Positions 1 to 14,061 of a stretch of 64,000 bases of DNA are shown here, one piece after another (the first letter of the stretch is position 1; every line of letters begins with the position of its first letter). The DNA comes from Tubiluchus corallicola (taxonomy: Eukaryota > Animalia > Priapulida). Position numbers and translations under genes: made by a program. The stretch is from contig JAQGDQ010000008.1 in assembly GCA_030141605.1 (NCBI GenBank), positions 1,116,001-1,180,000 on the forward strand, in the 5' to 3' direction. The notes under the pieces were generated by a model. It searched no databases and was not told where the DNA came from. It was given only the letters and a program-made list of their open reading frames with translations.

Positions 1-899
1 CTTCATTCCTTTGCTTTGATTTATAATAGCTCTATCTATGCCTATTTTAATGATATTACGACTATTATTATTTTTTGATAGTGGCGTTCGCGGGTATTTG
101 TGTTAACAGAATTACAGAAATCTTGACTAAAATCTTGACCAGTGCAGGCCTAACACGTGACTAGGGAGAAAAAAATAAAATCGAGTTATGCGATTTCTTT
201 GTGAATGCGGTATACAACTCTTCACAGTTCTCGTGTACTTAGAAAAACAGATTTACACTTGAAAATTTCACTCGTTATTACGACGCTTACAATAACCACA
301 TAAACAACAATTTGCTGGAATTAGGCAGCGTGTTTTCATTGCATAAGTAAACCTAGAACTGGATTTACAGTTCAGTGGCAGTGGCACCAGTATTTAACTG
401 CAAAGGTAAACATTCACATTAGCGAATGATCCAACAGAGGTAATAACTACTGACATAATGAGCTAAAAGAATGTGAAAAAGCTATACCTTCCCTATGATA
501 AGCTTGTAAACACGTTTTGTATTCCTGAAAGCCCAATCTGAAGATAGAAAGATAAGATAGACAGTTTAAAAAAATAATGGTAATTTGTATTATTTGTTAT
601 TTGTAATACACGATAGTAATTCATACTACATACATCAATGGTGTTGCAGTAAGGCCAGATATGTACGTAGTAAATAGAGGGGTGACCAGCGACCACTTGC
701 TTATGGACTGTTTCAACTATCATGCTGCCCTCAGCTATCTGTTTTTGCTGAGGGAAAGTGCATGTATGATGTACATCCTAGATTAACGTCGCTGTGGCAC
801 CTCTGTCGATTCAAGTTACGCGACTGGCTTTTATTGTAGCATACTTTGTATCAATTTGATCGTTAAACGAGTCATTTGGTTTTTTCAACTTAGGCCTTT

Positions 900-1002
900 T
901 GACAATGATGATGATGATGACGACGACGATAATGACGCTGATGGCGATGACGATGACGATCATGATGGTAATGATGATTACAATCATTGTGACGACGACA
1001 AC
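900..1002. repeat. Imperfect (GAT/GAC)n trinucleotide repeat
   Basis: gatgatgatgacgacgacgat... directly visible. Confidence 0.9.
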
Positions 1003-1784
1003 CACAGCATGCCTGTCACCTGTGGGTTTACCAACAACAAATTAAATTTTGTATTGTAGTTTCAAGTTTCAGGTGATGAACAGACTTTATTACTCTTACA
1101 TTTTTTTACACATTTCAGCACTCACGGCAATGTGTAATCAATAGGATGACTGTGGTGGGACTGGAGCCTTTCAATATGAAAAGGGTGCCTTAAAGATGAC
1201 ATACTGGCCCCTCAGCCACTTTAGCTGTGATAACGTCATCCTTATGCAAGGTGGTAAATGAAATCGCCCACTGTGGGCATTTAACCTAGTGAAATGAGAG
1301 ATTCTTTAAATTTTCTCTATATGCTTGAAAAACAAAAAAAATCGTTAAGAATTCAATACCAATTCTACGCTAACTGGGCACCAGCCAACCTTGTAGGCAG
1401 TTTACTGGCTGATTGCACAACAAATATTATTTTGTTTATCTAAGTTCATTAAAGCACTGTCATCGAACTTGAAAGAGCAACACATCCTGTAACAAGGAAT
1501 CAGAACAAATGGGGAGAGCCAGCGTTCCATGAAACAGATAGAAAGTTTATAATAAACAGATATTAAACTCTTCTCTTCAAAAGAGGCATAAATTGAAAGC
1601 GCTTTGCACTGAACGATGACCTCTTTTCGTTAATTTAGCCCCGAAGCTTTAAACGAAAGTTGCGGTAGGCCTGTTGTGACACTTTTGTTCCCAACAGGTG
1701 TGAGTATCTTTGTAAAACGCATTTTGTTTGAAAAATTGCGAGAATATCCTAAAGACAAGACGTTAAGTGTGAGCTACTTTACAG

Positions 1785-3305
1785 GGCGTCCGGTTTTTTG
1801 GCACAGATGTTTTGACACAGGCAATTTGGTCACATACAGTTAAACACAGGCGAATTTTGACACATGTTTATTTCGCCAAAATTTTCTTTGGGCACAGTTA
1901 AATTTAGACAGATGAACTATTGGATACAGACCAGTTTAGACAGAAAAATTGTTTGGCACAGGTATCGTTCTTCACAGAAACTGCTCGACACAAGCCACTT
2001 TACGCACAGGGATTATTGGACGCAGATCACATTAGTCGCAGCACACGTTGTATACATACGGGTCAATCAGCAATAATAGTAATAAACTTCATTAAAAGTG
2101 AGCTTTAAATTCAACATGCAACGCAAGTCGTGAGACTTATACCCGGCCCGCTTTTACCCTAATTACCACGCGCCAGGCTGAATGGGCAACAGCAGTACTG
2201 TTTTTTTAAATCTTTAAATTAACCCAGCAGCGGTATCAATCCCACGACCTCCAAGACGGAAATCAGACACATTATCCATTAGACTATACCATGTGGTTGA
2301 ATGTGGCTAACATAATTATGAGATTCACATCGCTGGAAAAAGCTTCACTTTCCGGATTTCTATGATATTTGCACCATTACATTCTAAATGCGTTATCGTA
2401 AAATGATACCATTTTGCCTTCCTAAGTTCCTAACTAAAGATGTCTTTTAATTCTCTACGTCCAAGTAAATGTAGTAAAAATTGATTATTGGCTAAACGCC
2501 GGGCGTTGTCTTTGAAATGGGTTTTTAAATATCTAAATATGTGATGGTCTGCTTCTAAATCAATTTATTCGTAAATTTAATATATTATTTAATTTTGTAT
2601 ACCTATAATATTTGCTGTCAAGTAGCGGTACCAATTGAAGAATTCCGCTAGATCTCAATCCGCAAAATATTACGTTTCTTGTAACGTAGAAATCCGGCTT
2701 TATTTCTAAGTACAAATAACTAACAATTCTTCTTAAATTAAATTAAAGCTCCTCTATATATATATATATATAATTATACAAAATTCTACATCTTGCTGAT
2801 CCAGGGAATACTATATATTGTATATACTATATAGATTTTAAATTAAAACGTATTATTGGCAGGCCAAAGAATTTTGCATGATTCGTGAGAAATCTTACTA
2901 TATGATTATTGCTGTTTAAGGTTTAAGCATGAACGATAAAATTTAGTGAATCGCTTTTCAAGTTGATTAGTAAGTGTCAGCATACCCTTATTGTCCTGTA
3001 ATGTTTATTATGTTCATTATGTTTTTATTTTCGTCGATATGTGTATAATAGTACTTGTGCCCAACATGCCGTTTCTCCAAAAGTGCTTGTGCCCAATGTT
3101 TCCATGTGTCCAAAAGTATCTATGCCCAACATGCCGTGTGTCCAAAAGTGGCTGTGCTCAATGTTTCCGTGTGTAAAAGTATCTGTGCCCAATATGCCTT
3201 GTGTAAAAAGTATCTATGGCCAATATGCTGTGCCTCGAAATCTACCGTGCGTCAAAATGTTCACAAGCCAAAAAGCTTGAGACGAAAATGGCTGCGCTGA
3301 AAAGT
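1785..3305. mobile_element. Foldback-like non-autonomous DNA element with inverted subterminal arrays of ~15-16 bp units
   Basis: Left arm ~1785-2050 repeats tt(g/t)g(g/a)cacag; right arm ~3055-3305 repeats the complement (ctgtgcccaa / gtgtgtccaaaa). Confidence 0.6.
2120..2296 (-). mobile_element. tRNA-derived SINE remnant (MetaSINE-like core)
   Basis: Minus strand: A-box-like TAGTCTAATGG, B-box-like GGGATTGATACC, then aaagattt-A-run-cagtactgc...gcctggcgc resembling the Meta core. Confidence 0.5.
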
Positions 3306-3397
3306 TTGTAACAAAATAGCCTTGCATCACTTTATAGACGGATTTGAGACGACTTTTTCTGCATAATTGAAAATGCTACAAGGAATTATTGGGGTCT

Positions 3398-3408
3398 TTC
3401 TCCCTCTC

Positions 3409-3446
<38 letters not shown>

Positions 3447-3543
3447 CCTTTTTTCTTTCTCTCCCGCTCTCTCCTTCATTTTCTCTCTTCCCTCTCTGTC
3501 CTTTTCTCACTCTCTCTATTTCTCTCTCTCTCTCACTCTCTCT
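3398..3543. repeat. Imperfect (CT)n microsatellite
   Basis: Directly visible. Confidence 0.95.
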
Positions 3544-6357
3544 AAAAAATTTATTGTGCCACGCACCAGCATCAACCAAATGTTAAAAAGCCACATACCT
3601 GACCACAAAAAAATGCAAATCACTAGAATTAGGCTTTACGATATTAGTGCGGTGATAATTTTGTAGACGCGTCTAACCGCTGAAATACGTCTTTTTGTAG
3701 TTATGTGTTAGTGTGTCGAAAATGTTATGCAAACTTGTTCAAAGTGCAATTTTTCATTGCCATTTTCAGTCTCGGTAATAAAGCCCAGCTGAGCCAATTT
3801 TCAGCGTTTAAGTATAGTTTCAATTTGTCTCTGTCATATATACCTCTTTCTTAAAAATCAACAACCATTGTCGTGTAATAAATTTACCTTGTAATCTTTA
3901 TTGTTTTTCTAGGCTCCAAGTAAATGAAAAACAAAATTGAAAAAAGTTATTTATTTGTAAATATTAGTTAGTTGTTCATTTATTTGTTTTAATTAGATCC
4001 GTAAAGTCACTGCTTCAGTCGCTATTTTATCCATACCATAACAGTGTGACGTATTTTTTATGTGATTCAGCATTCTGCAACCTGGAATCCGGCATTCAGC
4101 TGCCTACTTAAAGAGTACGGTTGTGGCTAGATCGGTATTTGGCTTATTGTCAAAGCTAATTCTTTAAAGGAAGCCACTAAACTGATATAGGTATTTTGGC
4201 TACGTTCGCACGTCAATACATCGTACCTCATTGAGGTAATCTGCCAGAATGCAAGTACGGGTCAAAGACGGCGGTCGTTTATCCATTTACAGACTACACT
4301 CAGCATTAACTTCGGCTGTACAAGCACACAACGTGACCATTCGCTATTTCCCGCGATCCTTGGACGCTGAAATTAAGTAGAGATATTTATGCTAATTCGA
4401 AAAACTAAAAAGATTTGTTAGAATGTTTACATAAAGCTAAAAAAAATCGACTCGAAATTTTGCATCATATTTCTGCAGGTTTTCTGCGCTCAGAGTGTGT
4501 ATTAGCAGTAACGCCGTATGAAACTTGTAAATTTTAATCCCCGCGTTGAAAGTTATTAGGCGCAGTCATTTTAACCGTAGTCGTTGAATAAGAAATTAAC
4601 TTATCCGTAATAAACGAAAAAACAACAATTGTTAATAATTTATTGCTAGTTATTTTGTGGTATGCTGTTCCTGAGTACCCAAAGAAATAAATCTGCATCT
4701 AATATTTAAATTTATCATGTTGCTGAAAGTCTGCAAAAATCTAAGGACCGCGAAATATTTTAAATTACGAAGAATTTTCTTTTTTAGTTACACATGTCTT
4801 TGAAACAGGTAAGCTTAGTGCTAAGTAATAGGGCCTATAACTTTGTATGGAAAGTTTTTGTGATATACAAAAAATTTCCTTTTCTTCCCTTTAATATAAT
4901 TTTATTTATCAACTCAATGATATGGCCAACATGAAACAATGCGAAAGCAACAGGGAGTAAATGATTATAATATGGCTAAGCCACTCTAGTTTTCTGAGCC
5001 AAATTGTTAGCTTATTAACATAAACACGGTTTACTGGGCGGTAATCAGGTCTTTTAAGACAGCTCTAAATTTGTTGTTTTTCATGGTCACATCTGCTTTA
5101 ATTAACATATTAACAATGTAACCCGCCCTCAAGAGATGACACTTAAAGAAATTCAATGTCATGTTAATAGCCATTGTAAATCTAAGTAACCACAGACCTC
5201 CTTTTGTAGACTTCTATTTGAAAACATGTGGCACAGTAGGCTTAATTGTAATAATTTAGATATTGAAAATGAATAACATAGTTTCATTTATTTTTGCAAA
5301 AACACACGACTTGAAATGTAGGCTCTTAACTGGTAAAATTTCCTGACTTCCCTAATTACAATAAGTTTAAATTTGTTATACACAATGGCGGTACAGAAAC
5401 AGTAAGTTAACATTAATCTGTAATTTTGTTGATGATTGTTTTTTATAGTTCGTTGATTAACTGGTGCTATTAGTAGCTTCAAAAGTAAAGCAAGGAAGTT
5501 ATAGCAGAGAATGTAATATCTCTGGCCATAGTAACGTATTACCTATATCGAAATTATTGATTTATTTTAGTTATGTATTATAATTTATGTTTGCTTGTTT
5601 ATGGATTTTGGTATGTTGCCAGGCATCCAGCCAGCCAGGCACTTGACACAGGGTGTACCAGATGATGGTTCCAGCGAGATCGGAAACCAGGTTATTACAA
5701 AGAAAAAGAATTTCTAGAAAAGTTATAGGTGTTTATTTGGGTGACTTGACAATTACTGAGTGGCAGTCCCTTGAAAGTGTCGTTTGATTAACCTTTGTTC
5801 AACTACATACAGATTAGTCCTTTAAATTAAAGTCATCTAACTTCTAGTCCTTTAAGTTAAATTAATCTAGCTTCTTTCCGATCTTAATTTTGGCTGACAT
5901 TACTGATACGTATAGCCCTTTGAAATGTTGAAAAGAAATTAGTTGATTATTTTGTAGAAATTAGCTGTTTGTAGTCACACCCAGTGAAAGCATCGCAAAG
6001 GTCTTAATTAAAACAGGTCTTAAAGTCTTAAACATTCACGTTCAGACTGCTTATTTATGAAAAAAAATTTGCCCGCTCATGCTAAGTGATGTTTTTCAAA
6101 TTATCACTAAAAGGTAGTCTAACTACCTTTTACAGGTAGTCACAGGTCAAATGGTAATACACTATCATTAATAAGAATGTCTAAGTCACTTCACCGTTAA
6201 TTTCTTTTACCAACACGGGTTGCACTCTGTCAAGTGTGCCCGTTCACATATATATTTAATGGGCCACGTATATTTTCCAAGGTTAACAAACTCTGACAAG
6301 AAAGAATGTTAAGTACGTCGGACTCCAAAAGTGACATAGATGGTAAGGCTGAGGCAA

Positions 6358-6611
6358 TTTCCAAATCTGTAATGAATGATAATGCAAGTCGCCTATTTAC
6401 TGATAGAACGCTATCAAGCAATTTATACAACGTTTCACATGTTTTCTTTTTGCCTCACTTTCCAAATTTGTAATGAATGATAATGCAAGTCGCCTATTTA
6501 CCGATAGAACGCTACCAAGTAATTTATACAACGTTTCACAAGTTTTCGCTTTGCCTCACTTTCCAAATTTGTAATGAATGATAATGCAAGTCGCCTATTT
6601 ACCGATAGAAC
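6358..6611. repeat. ~101-bp tandem repeat, ~2.5 copies
   Basis: ttccaaat(c/t)tgtaatgaatgataatgcaagtcgcctatttac recurs at ~6359, ~6459, ~6560. Confidence 0.92.
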
Positions 6612-7148
6612 TCTGACTGAACTCTGAATGGCGACTAACGTACAGCCGTTTCAAGTGATAACGTCTTTCCGATACTATAATTTCAACTTATTTTGATTTC
6701 CTACTGTTAGCGATAGGGCGTTTAAGTTCCAAAAAATCAGTTTTTATTGATCTACATTTCACAGATGTTGCAGATCGGCTACTTTTTTGGTACGCCCTTT
6801 ATGTGTGTAAACAAATTGACTAGGGAGTGGCTTGTGTAATGCATACAACAATGACAGCAAAACTAAGACAAAAATCAATAATTAATTACCTTCGCTGACA
6901 CGCGATGAATGTTAAAATAATAACGTAATTGAGTGATTGACTGCGGTAGAACAACGTAGTTACAAGATAGGTCGAGGTTAGTTAGTGTTAAATTTCGATG
7001 AGGTGGCTGCAGTCTTTGCGCCATGTTCAGATTGAGAAAAAACTTTCTATTATCAGTTTGTCATAAAAAGTTTCATAAGTTTACGGTTAATTTACGACGC
7101 AAATAACTTGGCAAAACGCGCATAAATTTAAATAATTGTGCATTTGTC

Positions 7149-7560
7149 AGGTAGGTATATTGGTAGGCAGGTAAAATAGCTAATTAAAAGGTGTAAGCTG
7201 GGTAGTTTGATAATTAGAAGAAGGTAGGTACATTGGTAGGTGAGTGGGTTGGATAGATGACCTGCTAGCTGCAGAGAGGTAGTTAGGGTGTTTTATTGTT
7301 TAGTCGGTTGTTCATTCAAGTTATTTTACACCCGACTGTTTGCTCACTTGGTTAGCAGAAAGGTATGGAGGGTGGTATATAAGTAAGTAGACACGTACGT
7401 GGTTGGATGAATATTGGATATACTGGTAGGTAGGGGCACTATGCTGTTAGACAGGTAATTAGGTAGACAAGTATGTAGGTAAGTAGATGATAGGTTCGTG
7501 GGAGGATGTTTGAGTAAGCAGATTGGTGGAGGCAACCGTTAGACAGGTAATGTATGTAGT
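7149..7560. repeat. Degenerate (GTAG)n-type tetranucleotide tract
   Basis: Recurrent ggtaggta / gtaagtag / ttggtagg. Confidence 0.75.
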
Positions 7561-9935
7561 TATTGAAGGTATGAATTTGTGTACTTGCATTTAGTACCAT
7601 CTTATAGAGTAGTCCGTCTTAAAGTACACTCAGTCGTGCAAAGTCTTGGATTTCAAAATAATTGGAAAATAAATGCGCCGCTGTTCTACAATTTCATGTG
7701 TGGTACACTAGTGAAGCCAAAGTTCTTTTATTCTCTCGGAAGATCCTGTGTCAATCAAAAAAATGATTTTTTTTAATAAAGTTAAAAGTTTCCAAGTGGG
7801 CCAAATATTCTTCGCAAACAATTTTATTCTGTATCATAAAGTGTAGAATTTTTATACTTAATATGCTATTTGTATTTTTCTCATTTTAATTCTTAGTGAA
7901 TGTGTTTCGCGAGTTACAAAAGAAACGCACAGACAAAAAATCACTGATCATCGCATGGAAATTTCATTGGTCATTGCAGTGGAGTAATTACTCACCCGCT
8001 GGTTGCAGAAAATCGATGGATTGGAGAGGCCCTTCATAGTAAAGAAGAGCTGCCAAGGACGTCAAAATTATGCATAAGTATGTAAAAGTGCGAAGTAATG
8101 CAGTTTTGCCAACATGAAATCGCGAAAAAAATTAAAATCAAGTTGCAACATTTTTATAAATGGTTTTAAAAATAGTAGTGCATCTACAGGCCGCAAAAAT
8201 TTTATATCTTTTAAGGGTAAGGGCGTTTTGGACGATGCCTCAAACGCATAGTTACGCTACTAAAACCAGACAGTAAACGAGTTGTGAACTAGATAAGAAT
8301 GCAGCAATTAAAAAAAGCATAAGCCACCGCACTACAGAAAGTACTACTTTTGGTGCTTTAAGAGTTTAAGCTTACTAAGAGCTGCAATAGAACTTCAGGC
8401 CAATATAAAACGTGTATACGCCATTGATATAGCCGGTATAGTTATTTCACTATTTGTGTCAAAAAGCGATTTAAGTGAGTTGTAAAGTGGGTAACTTGAA
8501 GAAACTAAGCTAAACAAAAAAGAGCAAAAACTTCTTTTAATAAATGGTCCACGGGATACGTAGACGTGTCGGTCTTACTAGCGCGTAATGACATGGGATT
8601 CTCATGAAAGTGTTGAAAATTTTGCAATTTTTTACCAATTTTTTTAACAAAGTCAAGACCCCTTTATTCGTTCTTTAGCACCAAGGTACGGGTTTTTTTA
8701 GTAGTTTGATTAGTTTTAGGTTACGTGTCGTTCAATCCACCAACGTGATTTTCAGGCGGCTAGTGCAAACGATAACGACAACGTAACAAGAAAGCGATTT
8801 GCATGTTCCGCTAAGTAAATGGACTGCCTGACTACGCTTCCTCCATTCAGCCCAATTAATGTTTTTTAAACAAAGTTTAGATTAGATTACACTATGTCGG
8901 ATTACGTCAGATGAGAATAAATTAGATGATTCATTTAGCACACTTGGTGACATGGAAAAAACAAATAAGGAATTAACAGCAGGTAAAACAATGCCAAATA
9001 TAAACTACAAAAGTAAAAAAAATTATACGTTGATTGCAAAAGCAGTAAGCTGCAGCCTACTGTTGACTAAACGTACTGCGGGCGGTTTAAATAATTTAGG
9101 TTAAGCATTAATGCTTTCTTTCTCAAAAGCGCACAATATAGGCTAAACAAGATGGACAAGCAATCTATTATGCCCTTGAATTGGTCAAAGTAAACATAAA
9201 CAAAAAGGATGACTATAATTACATAGACAGTTGCTTGTGTTTTAACCTTCAGTTTGAGACTGACACGCTTTTTGTAAAAACGCGTCTGTGACAACGTGAT
9301 CGTCACCACACTGACGTATTGGGGAATCTCAGCAGTAGTGACTGAGTTAAGGCGCATGCACAAGCGTTCACGGTTCACATGGAGTTTGCATTGAAGGGAA
9401 TCGGGGAGTGCGGCAAGTCCTGACTTTGCCAGTAGTTCCTCGTTATGCTACATCTGATACAAATAATGCGTCGTACGCTGGGCAGTTATTGGACAATATC
9501 GATTTAAGGCGGAGAAACATGGAATCCGACAAATGCAGCATTGAGAAACTTTTTAATGTAGGTTGTGGCAGGACTGGAAACTGTCTCATTAACAACAATA
9601 ATCTGCTCAGAGGAGCTGGATCAACCACATCTGAACGCGTATAAATCTTCAGTCAAACTGGAAAATATTCACTCATAGCGTGGCAGATGAAATCAACCAG
9701 AATGAGTATTGAACCCGCAGCCACTTACCGATTAGACTCGGGGTTGCTAAACTTTAGTCAATAAAGCATAAACAATAGCCACCGCCTTGCCTAAATGTAG
9801 GAATTATGTGACGACTTGGCAGGTTTGCATTTTTGTAAGGCAAGATGCAATTATGCAAGATGTAAGACAGATGTGATCTGAACTGATAACATTGACAAGC
9901 AGTCGCCGCATGTTTCTCACATTCCGGACCATCAC

Positions 9936-10610
9936 TAGGGTTGCCACCACTCATGATTTGGCTCGGAGTCTCCTGAAATTTAACCATAGATTCTTAGTTC
10001 GGTGAGATTCTTCGAAAATTCTGAAATCTCCTGATTTCGACCATAACATTGAAATTTAGGTCGAAAAAAAGCGAAAATACAACTTACATACTATTGAAAC
10101 TTTGCAAAAAGATTAAGCCAAAAAACAGCTGTTAATTAAGGTAACAGTAAACTTATTAAGTTTAATAGGTTGCATGGCTTCATCATTTCACCCTGTCTAC
10201 ATTTTTCGCCAATTTTTGCTGCAGCGGCAAATGCTGCAAAGCAAGTTTCCTTCCTCTTTAACTTTAATTCACGTAACATAAAGTGCTTAATAGTTTGGTT
10301 GCTAAACCGATCCCAGAAACCTCAGAAAACATGAGAAATGTGACTGGGAAGAACTTCCGAAAATTGGTGTACACTGCGTGCCCTTTTGTAAGTTTGAGAC
10401 TTTTAGAGCTTTTTTGGAGCCTAAAATCAATAATTTGTATTACTTTGTAGTTTGAATTTCTTGATTTTAGTTTCTTAAAAAACCTCATAAAACATCTAAA
10501 ATCCATAAAATGCTTGGTTTTCGGGATTCGTCCCGAGCCCTACTAGGGAAGGAGCTTTTAGGCACCCTAGCTAGCTCTTGACTCCGGTTCATGACGGGGT
10601 GGCAACCATA
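9936..10610. mobile_element. hAT-type MITE
   Basis: Terminal inverted repeats tagggttgccaccactcatga / tcatgacggggtggcaaccata; no clean 8-bp TSD seen. Confidence 0.7.
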
Positions 10611-13600
10611 AACCAATAGATGACGTTTACACAATATCAGCCGGGCCAAGCAGTTTTAGCTCTGCGCACAAACTGCACATTCTACATACATGTAGTATGA
10701 GCGCTTAAGTGTGGTATCTTGACTTCCACCAAAGAGACAACTTTAGAGAGAAAACAACAACAGAGGCATAAAGAGAGAGAAATCCATGGGCAAAAAGCCT
10801 ACATATGCATAAACTTCGCTTTGTCGTATCTACGGTAATTTATGGTCACTTACGGTATAAATAACAAGTATAAGGCTCAGACGGTACATGCAAAGTGAGG
10901 TAACTTTTCCAGTGTAAGACAGCACGTATAGTTGGCAACTTGGCACAATGCGACATCAAAGTGTATAGTACTAATGGTGTTAGAGCAAACGCAGTTAGTA
11001 TTATGCTCTCCATGAGCCATACAGAGCACCTACTATCTTGTGCAGACAACAACTGCCCAGATCGCAAGCAACTGACACCATGCAAATTAGGTCTACTGCA
11101 TTTTTATTACGTTACAATATAATATTATGTAGTTATACTACGTTCCTACTACGTATTATAAAAACAATTTCAATTTCAACTGTAACAACTATTCAGTGCG
11201 GATGATTACAAGACTTTTAAATTTATGTAGACATGAAGCCTTAAATAGACCTTGAATTATCAGTCTCGGATCAGCAATCATTTGATGTCTTTCCATTTAC
11301 TAGCTAGCTGGTCAAGGCAAGAACAACCATTCTCACATCAGCCCTACAGCAATAATTTAGTTAAGTACTTGATAATGAGAAGTTAATTAAGCCTTTATTG
11401 GCTTTGTATAACAAAACTAGACCTGGTAAAATGGCCTTTAGCTCTGTTAAACTCAGCAGCTACAATGAGCCATTGCTCACTGTCTGTAGAATTTCCACAG
11501 ACCAGTCTGAAGAAATGCTCAAAACATGTTAATCGACCTATCTAACACTACTAGATTATGCCAACGCTCCTTTTGCTTAGACCGTGTACACATATACTTG
11601 TTAAAGCGGCTTACAGCAAAAAGTTTAAAAGTTGAAAATTTGTCAATGCACTTACCAGAATAAAAGAGAAGCAAATCAGACATCCAAGAGTTATGAAATA
11701 TTTTTATTACAAAATAGTAAAAAAGCTATTATGCATGTTACTGAGTTTTACTTTGAAAATGGTTGAATCCAATTTATTTACAAGGGTTTGCAACAAAAAT
11801 ATGATTTTATGATTAAATTTACACTAACAACACCATCTTTCTGATATTTACTTCCATGTGAGATTAAAAGATGAAATAATTAATCTAAAGTAGCTGAATA
11901 TAATTTTTGATTGGCAAATAGTAAAATTTTACTTTTTATTCAATGATAAAAATTAATGTCAAGCAAGAAGCACATTAGACTTTTTACCAAGAAAAACCTA
12001 TAATTATTCATTAAAATCAGCATAAGAACCAAAATTCTATCTAACCATAATGTAGCATTAAAAAGTAACACCAATGGCAAGAATAAATCATTCATTTTGA
12101 GTAAAATGTTGCATACTATATTGTATCATCTCTCTAGTATTCATGAGTTTCTTTAGTTTATTTGTTTATTAAAAAAGTTATGTACAGCATTATAGAGCAC
12201 ACAGACCAACCTAAAAATGCAGTGCTACAGAAAAATGTCATTAAATTACTAAAAAGATACAGTGATACAGTATAACAGTAATAATGATATGATTTTATAC
12301 AATTAATCATTATTGATCACAGTGATATAACTGAATTTATCATTTTATCTTTCAAAATCTAAGCTACTTAATTTTCTTAATGTCCAATATAAATATTTGT
12401 TCCCATGCAACCTATAAAATCTGGAGTATGGACTAACCCAGTACTTATGAAAGCCACACTATGAGTTAGTACTATAAAAGTGCACATATTGTGCCAGTCC
12501 AAATCTAAGTGATTCACGTAGCAGAACAGGGCAATACCACCCTATTCCAGATCTAATCTACAATATTTCAGTCGTTTTTTTACATGGTCTACAATATTAA
12601 ACATTATGTACAAAAAGTAAAATCTAACAATATAAGACATTATTAAGTTTAAAACTCTACTTCCCAATAGCTGCAACCCTTGGATGTTATCCGAAATAAA
12701 AAATTATTTAAACTAAACATAACTGTATATTAAAAAAGGTATTTACAAGATTAGAATTAGCATGAGGCATCCATGTAAATCATGTCCAGTACATGACATT
12801 AAGAAATATATTATGACATTAAAGTAAGAAAAAAATTTAGTCTTTCTAATTGCCTCAGAGATGTTGCAGATATATGAAAAAGTATGTCAAAAATCTCTAC
12901 ACGTATAATCTCAGTAATTTGCCAGATCTTCTAAGCTTAAGATTCAAACATCATATCTTTCTAAGTTTAAAATATCATACAATCAGCGGTTTGCTGTTCG
13001 TTACTATTAATTTCTATTATGCAATGTAGAAAAACTCCACATTAAATTTGCAAAACAGATACTACTCAGAAAAGATTTGAAAGTATCCAAACTTCTCACC
13101 ACATGTTAATAAAAGGAATGTTGAGTTTTAACTATATCTGATTCTGCGATAGTAGTTTGTTGATAATATGATCATACTGTATCTACTTGTGCATTATAAT
13201 TTTATTACAAAAGGCCACTAATTTTGATCTGTTCATTTAAACTTCATTATTATTGCAAAGATCCTTTATGGTGCCCTTAAGGTATGTCCACATTTTTTGC
13301 CAGCAGTACCATACACCATGAAAGTATATCAAATATCCTGTACATGTATGTAGCTGAAAGAAAAAGTAAAATGATAAAAAATTACTTCAAAAAGTGCAAT
13401 TTTTTAAACTGGTAAAAATTCAATTCAACTCTAACACAGCGAGTATTTAAGCTCGCAACAAGTCAAAATCTAGCACTTAACAACACAGCCTATTCATGTA
13501 AATGGTTGTGGTGATGCCAGAAGGCTAATCCCCTAACATCAAATACTGAACTTGCAGAAGTATCTTAGCCACCTTCAATGCATCCTTGCTCAATGTGATA

Positions 13601-13864
13601 ACTAGTCAGAATGAATTTAGCAAACGAAACTGCCCAGAGCGATTCATGAAACCTGGTGGTCTGTGTTGCTTAATTTTGGTTGCTAAGCACACACAATGTT
13701 CCACTTGGCTATTGTTTTGGAAACTTGTATTAACACAATAATTACTTAGTTTTAATTGGAAGATGACTTGAAAACCATTAGCAACTCTGCAAGTCATTCA
13801 ATATTACAAATTAGGTTGCTACAAACCTGAAATTTCAGGAAGGTGTGATGAACATACCTGATCG

Positions 13865-14061
13865 TTACGAATGCCAGTTATCCCACAACAAATACCTCAA
13901 AAGCATCACGACTATCGCTGTCATCACAAATAACGAACTACCACTAAGTATGCTGGCTATGTTGTAGTCTGGACAGTACGGACATTGATATGATCCGCAC
14001 ACTTGGCATATGTTCAACACGTACAAATTGAACGCTTCAAACATCGTTACATTGTATCGTT
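13865..14061 (-). CDS. Mcr: Mcr terminal coding exon 30 (Cys motif plus hydrophobic tail)
   Basis: ttgcag acceptor; ERYNVTMF...ICQVCGSYQCPYCPDYN...LFVMTAIVVMLLRYLLWDNWHS*. Confidence 0.94.

Noticed and set aside
811-1059. Asp-rich and Ile/Val-rich ORFs
   Set aside because: Translations of the (GAT/GAC)n repeat; no splice context
2991-3666. Cys/Pro-periodic and SL/RE-repeat ORFs; the array superficially resembles a CRISPR
   Set aside because: Products of the 15-16 bp array and the (CT)n tract; no unique spacers, eukaryotic context
9300-9700. Possible RTE-type LINE remnant on the minus strand (RRIICIR / NEELLAKSG)
   Set aside because: Only two short motifs across frameshifts; too weak to call without a search
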